From contig OZ193909.1 in the NCBI GenBank assembly GCA_964276515.1, positions 16,306,001-16,370,000 of the forward strand: DNA of 64,000 nucleotides. The letters run 5' to 3'. This stretch comes from Gordius albopunctatus (lineage: Eukaryota). The notes under the pieces are model-generated. The model was given only the letters and a program-made list of their open reading frames with translations, searched no databases and had not been told where the DNA came from. The position numbers were made by a program, and so were the translations under genes. This document shows positions 54,101 through 64,000 of this stretch, in pieces. Within the stretch, counting starts at the first letter, position 1, and every line of letters starts with the position of its first letter.

Positions 54101-56000
54101 GTTTACTTATAAAATAAAATCTCTACCTTCCAACATTATTATGTCATCTATGCTGACATTAGATTTTGAAGTATTGGCTTCAATCGGTTCAGACACTTTT
54201 ACATCAAGATTTTGTTTAGGGGAGCTGTTTTGGGAACAATCACTTCGACTAGTTACGTTAATTAAATATGGCAAATATAAATTCCAAAAAGCGCATTTGT
54301 TCTTATGAATTCCATTTAACACTTCAAACGAAGACCCATTTAATTTTACCACAGTCTTATCGTCTTTTTTAAATTTTGGCCAATAATTGGCAGTATTTCG
54401 ACCAAATTCATCGCTATTTGGATCTCTAAATATAAAGCATTAAATATACTCTCAAATTAAACTCCAAGATTTACCCAGTTTTTGCGAAATTTGTCCAATA
54501 TTTCATCATTGTCTGACTTAGTAGTAATTCTTCCAAGCCATAATTCTTGTCCATTATAAAGGGTTGCCCAAAAACGAATGGTATTTCATCGGCGTGCTTT
54601 GCTTGCGTCCATTTAGGCCATAACCCGTTTATTGACTCGTGTGCGAAGTAATACTTATAAACATTTTCACCGAAATTACCATACATTTCAGCGCCACGAG
54701 CTATTGGACAAGTGTAATAGTAATCACCAATCAGCGAATCTAAAAATTCTACTATATTCCCGTTGTCAACTTCCCAATCGGAATATTGAAATATGATGGC
54801 TTGTTTAATGAGCTCATCCCAATTGTTAAATAGATCGAATAAAACGTTCCTAGGCAATTTTTGAGGGTTCCCTTCTGGCCTAGCTCTGTTAGATTGTAAA
54901 GACATACCTGCAAAGTAAAGGCCTTCACGCAGGTTACTTCCCATCATGATATCGAGGTTATGTTTGTAAAATCTGGTCGTGATAATATTTTGTGGATCCT
55001 CCCAAAACCACTCTTCCTTAAAATTGGGTGCAAACGTCCTCGGTAGGCTTATAAAGTCGGCGTTCATATTGTCATCGTTCGTTCCCAGTTTTCTTAAGTC
55101 AATCATTTTCATGCAATTATCATAATCTTTGCTCGTACAGCCCGACGCGTTGATATAATTGAAACTCCACTCATAAAGTCTATTCATAGCACGACTCGTA
55201 TACAAAGGTGAAAGTAATGTTCCGCTCTGCAGAATTATTCTATTGAAGTAAGGCCAACTAAAAGGTGACACGACATGAGCCTCAACAGAAACAGCCCCCG
55301 CATTCTGCCCGAAAAGTGTTATTCTCTTTGGGTCGGCTTCAAATATCAGAGCGTTGTCATAAACCCACTTAATAGCTAGTCGCTGGTCGTATAATCCCAT
55401 ATTTCCTAGAGGGTATCGATCATTTGATTGACTTGATCTATTAAAAGACATAAATCCTAGCGCCCCGACCCTATAATTTATAGTGACGACGGCAACATTA
55501 TTTTCCGTAGCCAATATGGCTCCGTTGTATATAGGTAAAGACGAGGTGCCTCCATTAAATTCGCCCCCTGGAATCCAAATCATAACAGCAAGTTTTTCAT
55601 CTTCATTCGGATTATGGGGAAGCCATATATTAAGGTAGAGGCAGTCTTCTGCGCTGCTTTTGTTGTGTGAAAATATATTAATCCATGGATCTTTGATATG
55701 GTTTAAACCCGGCTGCGGACAGGCTGGAGGCAAAATTCGCGTTAATAAAACTTTGTTGGTAGTTAAAGTTATTGGTAGAGGTTTTTGGAATCGTAGATCA
55801 TTGATTGGTGGTTGAGCGTATGGAATTCCTAGGAATGCCATGTAAGGTTTTGGAAAGGCGGTTCCATTTGTGAAGGATCTAAAACCTTTAATGCGTCCTG
55901 AAGTGGTTTGCACAATTAAATTGGATGAAATTGCCCTAACGTACTTGATAATCAATAAATACACCAACAAATATGCTATCCACATCAAAAACCATTTCAT
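51163..56000 (-). CDS. Secreted cholinesterase-family protein with two tandem carboxyl/cholinesterase domains (~1233 aa), 4 exons
   Basis: Exons 56000-54475, 54425-54127, 54080-52592, 51550-51163 (3702 nt, GT-AG, phases 2/1/2, no stops). Hydrophobic signal-like N-terminus. Both domains have FLGIP[YF]A.PP, EDCLYLNIW, NYR.G.LGF, GNMGLYDQ, YWTNFAKTG. Domain 1 has GQNAG; domain 2 has GESAG, NEG, RHTDEI. Family call is firm; the fusion depends on the 46-nt intron 54126-54081. Confidence 0.85.
51850..52365 (+). mobile_element. RTE LINE 3' fragment in the last cholinesterase intron
   Basis: LRWYGHILR-like remnant then KVLDMEVPGKRERGRP; 3' end AACCCCACGACTGTGGGACC matches the 37470 copy. Confidence 0.8.
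52013..52214. mobile_element. MITE nested in the RTE fragment
   Basis: TIRs TAGAGTTGTTTAATTGCTAACTTT / AAAGTTAGCAATTTAACAACTCTA; CGTGTC duplicated in the flanks. Confidence 0.85.
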
Positions 56001-56894
56001 GTTTGGTAACGATTAACAAAAAATGATATTTTTACCTAAATATTTCCACATTTATTTTTAACTCTATCGCGGTTAAGGACAGATAATCAAAGTTTAGCCA
56101 TATACAACTAAATTTAATGTGACAGTCCACATGCCATATAACCTTTCCTCCAACAAAAAATAATACCATAAAAAATAGGTCAACAGGGTTTCAAGGATAT
56201 TTTTTCACAAAAAGTACTTTTACTATGTGGTGCAGAGTGAATTTTAATTTTAAACAGGTCTTGGTTAAATTTAGTGGTTTAACATTATATAACAGGTGCA
56301 TCAATTATATTTGACTTATTTTTTTATGGTTGCACTGAGGATGTCATAGTTATACTTTACAAGAGCCATAAATCAAATTAGACGTTTTTCAATGTATCAA
56401 TTATGCTAGCCATAATTTTACCTCCTTTCTTAAATATCAAGTGTTATTTCATAAATTATAAAATAGCTAAATTGTCATATATTGTTTGTAATAATATATA
56501 GCCGTGCGATAACTAGCGTTTTTATCAATATTTAAAAACATTTGCCTTTTATTATATATAACCATTCTATAATTTAAGGTATACTAACTGACCAAAAATC
56601 AATAATGATAGTTAACCAACATTACTATAGAAATTAAGTTTGGCATTAAAGTGCCAATTTTGTTGAAATGCAGGTGGTAACTCACTTTGACATAGGCAAG
56701 ATATTTATAATTTGACTAATATTTGTGAGTTATATTCATGAAAACTTTAACTCTTCCTAGCTTGACTGAAGCAAACATAAATCAAATGAATTTTTTGAGG
56801 CAGATGAGACTGAATGTATTATTTTACTACTAACCCGTTTACTTGTCGTTTATTATACAATTAGTGATTTCCATTTTTTGGCACCAGATTGTTT

Positions 56895-58630
56895 TATTAT
56901 AAACTGGTTTATATCTGGGGCAGAGGGGTTCCACGACCGCGCGTCGTCATTCTCCACTCTCCAGATCAAAAAAACAAACTCACAAATTCTGAGGATTTAG
57001 CGATTATCCGAAATTTAGAGATGCCGATAAGTTTTTTAACAAAGAACGAGTATTATGAGAGTATTAATTGCTACGCAATTTATGGGATCGCTTTTTGGTG
57101 TCCGTCCTTCCGTACGTTACCCTCCAATGTATTTACCCGGCTTTCTGACTTGGAGGTTCGAGTTCAATACCCGGAGAGGGCAAATTTTTTTTTAAATTAA
57201 ATTAATATTTTGTTCTTCATTGATAATATGACTTTTTGACCTTCCGCTGGCCACTGACCAATGAAAAAATTACCATTGGCCAAATAAATCGAAATTTTTT
57301 TTTCGTATTTGGATTAGTTAACATTGATAATTACCCTATGCTCTCCCCTACAAGGTCCTATGCCTCTACTGATATGGGTCCCTGTGCCCCTACAAAGGCT
57401 TATGTCTCTATTAATGTGGGTTCGAATCCCGGCGAACGTTCTAAATTGCTGGTTCGATACTCGGAAAGGACAAAAAAATTTTTTAATTAAATTAATATAT
57501 TGTTTTTGTTAATACCATTGATAATATGACTTTTTGACCGTGTTCTAGCTACTGACCATTTAAAAAATGACCATTGGCCAAATAAATCGAATTTTTTTTT
57601 CGTTTTTAAATTGGTATATCAGGTTAACATTGCTAATTACCCTATGCCCTCCCCTACAAGAGCCTATGCCTCTACTGATATGGGTCCCTGTGACCCTACA
57701 GGCTTATGCCTCTACTGATGTGGGTTCAAATACCGGAGAGGGCAAATTTTTTTTATTTTTATTATTTAATTAATATATTGTTCTTGTTAATACCATTGAT
57801 AATATGACTTTTTGGCCGTCCGCTGGCTACTGACCAATGAAAAGAATGACCATTAATCAAGTTATGATTCGAATTTTTTTTCGTTTTTTATTTGTATATT
57901 AGCTTAACATTGATAATGACCCCATGGCCTCCCCTACAAGGACCTATGCCTATACTGATATGGGTCCCTGTGCCCCTACAAAAGCCTATGCCTCTATTAA
58001 TGTGGGTTCGAGTCCCGGAGAGGGCAAAAAAATTTTTTTAAATCAAATTAATATATTGTTCTTGTTAATACCATTGATAATATGACTTTTTGGTCGTCCG
58101 CTGGCTGCTAAGGAATGGAAAAAATGACCATTGGCCAAATTGTAATTCGAAATTTTTTTAAAAATTAATATTATGTTTTTTTATTACCATTGATAATATG
58201 ACTTTTCGGCCGTCCGCTAGGTGCTGACCAATGGAAAAATATGACCATTGGTCAAAATGTTTTTTTCGTTTTTTTTGACTCGTATGTATTTATAGACCGT
58301 CTCTTGTTACTGACCAATGAAAAAAATGACTATTGGCCAAATAAATCGAAATTTTTTTTTCGTTTATGAATTGGTATATTAGGTTAACATTGATAATTAC
58401 CCTATGCCATCCCCTACAAGGGCCTATAAATAATTAACTAATTATTTTGCATTTAATACCCCCCCCCTATAGCCATTCTCGCCCCTTCCCACCTTTCTCG
58501 CCCATAAATTGCATAGCAAATATGCTACTTTTATACAGAGTATAGATGAGTTTCGTTCCCCCTTCCTTCCCCGTCCCCTCCTCCCCTTCACCCCTCCTAC
58601 TTCCCACGAGGGCCGAAGGCCCGAGTTTTT
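56895..58630 (+). mobile_element. Second copy of the complex tandem-repeat element
   Basis: Same modules as 1-1935 at 57150-58427 and the same right end with the GGGCC-GAA-GGCCC hairpin. Left boundary uncertain (palindrome TATAAACTGGTTTATA at ~56898). Confidence 0.7.
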
Positions 58631-59149
58631 ATTATTATTCATACCGCTCTCATGACCATTTGATACAAAAGATTATATCTTCGGTCAGTACTTTATAAAT
58701 TTCGCCCAAACATCTAAAAAACCTCACTTCCAATCGTTATGTAATTACAAAAATATATCTATAATCTTTATTTAAATAGGGTCAATTTTTACCGCTTAAT
58801 TCACCCCTTAAATTAAAGGAAATTTCCATACAGATAAAGTCTTGCAAAATTGTTTTTCATCGGCCAGCGCCCGGCTAAACTTTTTTAGTTGACAAGCCTG
58901 AAAATTTTTTTATGATTTTTGACCGGAGCCCAGATATTTTTCGTGTTTATTCTCTACCCATATTTAAAACTTATTTACTATATAAATTTAATTTAATTGC
59001 TAATATAAGAACATGACCTATAACGGTCTCAAGTTCATGTGCTGAAAAATGTAGGGGTTGGCGTCAGATCGTAAATGGGGCCGAAGATTTATAGTTTTAA
59101 ATAAAACTCTATAACAGAAGGCACGTGGAATGCATCTCTCGCCTGTGCA

Positions 59150-61720
59150 ATGTGAAAATACATTAGACTTACCCCCTGACTCACATGGACATGGGGTTAC
59201 ATATGCTAAAAAGAAGAAAGGTACACATCGCCTCCTAGGAGAGACGAAGTAGTTAGGAGAAGAATGCAAATTACTCTTGGTTACCGAACTCTAGATATGG
59301 GGTCGGTATCTGCTAAGCAAATGCTTCAATGACAAGGTAATGGAAGTTAAACGATGTTCAATCAGGTTGATGTGGATAACGATTGCAGATAGAGGCCTCT
59401 TAGCCCTTATATCCGTCTATGTTCCCCAAATTGGGTGTATGGAATCAAAGAAAGACATATTCTTCGATTCATTGGAATTGGAAACAAGGAATAGGGCTGT
59501 AAGAAAAATCATTATTGGGGCGGGCTTACACCTACGTAAGGAAGGATCGCCTCGGGTATAAACAAATCCATGGAGGCTATGGGCATGGGGAAGAACAAGG
59601 AAGGGGAAACTTCTCCGAGTATCCCCAGCATATGGAATGGCCATCGCTAACATAAAAGTGAAATTCATATAGGGACTTATAGAAATAGAAAGTATTTTAT
59701 TCAAATTTATTATCTGCTTACACAGGGAAAGGATTTAAGATTACAAAGTATCTAATTGCAGAATAAGAAATCACAAGGCCGCGTCGTTAACTCATTATGG
59801 ATCTTAAAAGAAGGGTGTTACCAGAAAAAAATTGAATTAGAGTTTAAATGATAAAGGATAGATCGACAGGCGATAAATACCACCAGAATACCTCCACAAT
59901 TTTAATTGCCGGGAATAAGACGACGATTGAGAGAATCTATTTACAGACATAAAGGAAACAGCGAGTCAGGTTCTAGGAAATACCAAAGGAGGCAAAACTT
60001 TGAATAGGGAATTATGGTAATGGGATCAAACGGTTAAAGTATAGAGAAGTTGGAGTGATTCTAAAAATTGAAGGATTTATTAAAGATGAAGGGAGGCAAA
60101 GAGAACCTCGAAGATACAAGAAAGCGAAGAATGCTGCTTACACTGAAATGTCAACAAACTGAATTATAAAGATGGAAACGGCTTTATGCACAAATTGGAC
60201 AATATAAGGGAGGAGAAAAGTCGGGATGTCATGTGGGGAACCTTAAAATAGTCAAAACCGAGTAGTATCAAAGCTTATTCAAGCAGGAAGGGATAGAAAA
60301 GTGGGAAATTTAAAAAGACACTTATAAAGGTTGCAAATGACAAACTGGATATTGAGTCAAAATAAGTATGGTATTTCAAGCGAGTGAAGTTAGGACACAA
60401 ATTAATAAGATGCATAATGGCCCCGATGGAATTCCTATGGAAGCATGGGTGGGATGCTGACAGGAAGGAGACACGACCAAGACAAACCCTTTTAACAAGA
60501 TATTGGTAGAACAGTGAATTCCTCCTAACAAATGAAGAGCAAGGATGATCATACAGGTATTCAAAGGTAAAAGACCCTCAGGAGTGTAGCAATTATAGAG
60601 GTATCTATCTAACTGACTTGGCATTCCTTGAATGTTACGGAAAGAACTTAGTCATAAGGCTGGATGGATTTTTGCTTTGCTTTTCAACAATATTGGCCGC
60701 TTCTTGTAGCACGTTACCCCCTAAATAATGGGCCATTTCGGACCCGTATATTGACTTCTTTTAGGCAACCTCCCTCTTGATGTAGAATCGAGCCGAAAAA
60801 TGTTGTCTATTTTTGAATACTTAAATTGGTCATTCCGCGATCGGATGCCTGTGATGTTCATCTACATGTATACTGTTTTCGATTGTCCATATCCAGCTAA
60901 CTGGTTTTACAACTTTTCGGTTTCTTCGAATACCTTATCCATTGTCTTTTCGCATTGTACTATGGCATCGGCATATAGCATAGTCCAAGTAGATGGCTTT
61001 AGGATGGCTCTCGTTATCGTCTCTATATTCATATTGAATAAGACCCTTTATGATTTATTCTATTTCTTACTTTTAGCCATAATATGTGGATTTGTCGGCC
61101 ACAACCACCTCAGCATTAAACACTAAGTTAGTCAAGGATATAAGAATGATACGCTCGAGTTTGGGGTATATTAATTAAGCTCCACTATATAATGATAATG
61201 AATGACGACTGTCTTAAGGCGAAAATGGGTAATCAACCTATGGCTTTGCTAGAGTTGTATCATAGACCTAACTAGGATTTCCTCAAAGGTGAGGTTATAA
61301 AATTATCGAGGTGAAATTTTTTTGTAACTATTTTTTGGGATAAAATATTTTTTCCCCTAAAAGTTTAAAGTGACAATAGCGTGAAAATGATAAAATACTA
61401 AAAGATTCAAACAAATATTTATTTTTATTAAATATAGAATATAGAATATAAAAAATATATAAATTGAAAATCATGGGAGGGGCTTTAACTCGAAACCCCC
61501 CCCCCTCCCTACGCTAATGGGTGGTATGGTGATATTGTAAAATGATGCCAATAATTTAAATTAGAAAATATAGGACATGTAGGTGCTGGGGGAAGAGAGA
61601 AGAGGACAGCCTCGTGTTACGTGGAAAGGGCAAGTGGACAAAGGTATGACAAAAAAGAAGATAAATCCGGACATGGCAAGTAATCAAACAAACCGCGCAA
61701 TGGAAGGACCAAATAAGGAT
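59150..61720 (+). mobile_element. Degenerate RTE-clade LINE with an internal inversion
   Basis: APE remnants ISVYVPQIGC..KKDIFF; GPDGIPMEAW at ~60420; RT YAD segment on the opposite strand (~60780-61070); 3' GKRE.GQPRVTW at ~61590. Confidence 0.8.
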
Positions 61721-61812
61721 TAAGAACAAACTATGCTATTTATAGTTAGCTGCTATATATTTGTTAGTTTAATTTATCTTGCTACAGTTTAACCACCTAC
61801 AAATAATACAAT

Positions 61813-61952
61813 CATGGGCGTAGCCAGAGGGGGCCCTAATTTACAAGAAAAAAATTTTTAATGCAAAAACTTTGAAAAATTAAAAAAAAATTCTAATTGA
61901 ACTTTTAAACGTTCCCCCCCCCCCCCTAATCCAAAACCTGGCTGCGCCCATG
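61813..61952. mobile_element. hAT-type MITE, CATGGGCGTAGCCA family
   Basis: CATGGGCGTAGCCAG / CTGGCTGCGCCCATG; perfect TSD AATACAAT. Confidence 0.92.
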
Positions 61953-62211
61953 AATACAATATAATAAAAATATTTATTCTAGGTTTTAAAATTGAAAGAA
62001 AATATTTATGTTTTTAAACGATTTTTTTTGGATAAAAGCGAGGCGCTTTTGTAAAAAAACTAATTTTTATTGATTTAAGAGAATTTCTTATTTATTTTAA
62101 TAGCATACAAAATTTACTTTTGAATTTTTGTGAAATTATAGAATATAATTCATTGTTAAGATCTTGATTTAAATTAATAAGATAAAATTTATCATTTCAT
62201 AGGCACGCAAA

Positions 62212-62363
62212 CATGGGCCTAGCCAGGTTTTGGATTAGGGGGGGGGGCAAAACGTTTAAAAGTTTAATTAGGCAGGGGCAAAACATGAAAAATTTTAATT
62301 TTTAAGGATTTTTGCATTAAAAATTTTTTTTCTTCATTCACCGCCCCCCTGGCTACGCCCATG
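62212..62363. mobile_element. hAT-type MITE, CATGGGCGTAGCCA family
   Basis: CATGGGCCTAGCCAGG / CCTGGCTACGCCCATG; perfect TSD CACGCAAA. Confidence 0.92.
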
Positions 62364-62399
62364 CACGCAAATAATAATTCGCATTTTCTTTTAATACCT

Positions 62400-62532
62400 C
62401 ATGTTGGGGGGGGCGGGCGAAAATTGTTTTTGTTCAATTAGTGGGGGGGGGGGGGGGCAAAACATAAATTTTTTAATTTTTAAGGGTTTTTGTATTGAAA
62501 ATTCTTTTTTATCATCCTTGGCTACGCCCATG
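62400..62532. mobile_element. Partial MITE, CATGGGCGTAGCCA family
   Basis: Right TIR TGGCTACGCCCATG; interior like the 62212 copy; left TIR lost. Confidence 0.7.
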
Positions 62533-63817
62533 TTTACAATACAATTTAGTTGTAGGTATAGACGGTTAAAATTAGCTATCGATCTAAATTTTTTAACAGC
62601 CATTAGTTAGTTTATTACATAGTCCCATACAAATATACAATTAATAACCAGGCGAGTAGCCAGGATTTTCTCCCAGGGGGTGGGGGGGGGGAAAATTTCC
62701 ACACAAAAAATTAAACATTTTTATTTAAACATCAAAATTATGAAATCTGGTATAAAACATAAAGAAAGTCATTATAAATAATTAACTTGGTCAGTTACGT
62801 TGTACAACTATAAAATATAAACTTTAGATCTAAAATATTTTTTTTCCATAAAAAATCGGGCCCCTTAATTAGGCCACTGTTAATAACTATAGTCATCGAT
62901 GAAATATCGAGCAATAAGAGAAACTCTAGATCTAGAACATATTTATAATAATGCGGATTAGCATTTGATCCATAAAACTGAGAATTAATTAAAAAATGTA
63001 GTAAAAAAACAAAGCGAATGTATTTAAACAGATTTAGCAGATTGTTAAAAAAACCTAGCAATGACGCAAAAAAACCTTGCTAATAAATATAAACATAATT
63101 AATGCCATTAATTATGGGGAGAAGAGACGAGGGAAAAGATATTATATATTGTATAAGCTCGAAAAAAGTCATGTCTATTAAATAAAGTTGGAATAATTTA
63201 GAAAAACTTTTTAAATATTTCATTGGCTAGGATTATTTAATCAAAATCAAAAACTTTTAGCCCGATCTCGATCAGAAAATTCAAAGATGTATACTTGGTA
63301 CCACACTTACATTAAAATTTTTTTTGATCAAAGCCGATTCGACTAAACAATTGATTAAATTCACAAAGCTTTACGCAACATGGGCATAAATTTTTTTTTT
63401 TAATTTGAAATAGTCATCATAAAAACCGTTGGCGAAGGTTTTTGGGACACCGGGGGGAAGGGGAGTTAGGTGTCATTAAGGACTCGGCCCATCTATATCC
63501 AAGAAATGTCCACATCTTAAGCGACAACATTATTTGCTTTTGCAAAACAAAAATATTCAAAAAAATTAGTTATTACAGTCGCGACAAAATATTTAACATT
63601 TTTAGCAAAAAGAGGCCGGAATTAAGCAAAAAAATTAATCTGGGAAAATATTTTACAACTATTTTTTCCCAAACCCTGGCTCCCCCAATATTTTGACTTT
63701 AATAATCCTTTACTATTTGAGATAAATTAAATTTGTTTATTAAATTCGGCCTGTCATATACATTGTAAAAATATAATGAAAAAGTATCGAGCGCATATTA
63801 AAATCAATTGGCAAGGA

Positions 63818-63959
63818 CATGGGCGTAGCTAGCATTGGGATTAGAGGGGGAGGGGCGAAATGATCCTTTTTGAATAGACATAATTTTAATAAATTACATC
63901 AAATTTTAGGATTTAGGGAGGGGCAGCCGCCCTACCTACCCCCCTTGGCTACACTCATG
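63818..63959. mobile_element. hAT-type MITE, CATGGGCGTAGCCA family
   Basis: CATGGGCGTAGC / GCTACACTCATG; TSD degenerate. Confidence 0.8.
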
Positions 63960-64000
63960 TACAGGGATCCTTTTAATTTAAATTTTGCCGAAAATTCGAC

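Overview
An AT-rich, repeat-dense eukaryotic window, most likely from an invertebrate animal; the species cannot be identified from the sequence. Two complete spliced genes lie on the minus strand. One is a 14-exon SPATA20 (YyaL/SSP411 family; ~40430-49891). The other is a 4-exon secreted cholinesterase-family gene (51163-56000). Its splice signals join two full cholinesterase domains into one ~1233-aa ORF: the N-terminal domain has lost the catalytic serine (GQNAG), while the C-terminal domain keeps the Ser/Glu/His triad but has an altered gorge. This fusion is the most unusual thing found. A large Ser/Pro-rich first coding exon of an unidentified gene sits at 29096-30018 (-). The rest is mostly transposon debris: many hAT-type elements and MITEs with 8-bp TSDs, degenerate RTE LINEs (one with a tRNA-like head, one with an internal inversion), a CRE-type RLE fragment, foldback/palindromic elements, two copies of a complex tandem-repeat element carrying tRNA-like B-boxes, and a (TGAA)n microsatellite. 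Several introns are only 36-50 nt. All exon boundaries are inferred from GT-AG signals, reading frame and recalled family motifs, with no transcript data or database searches.
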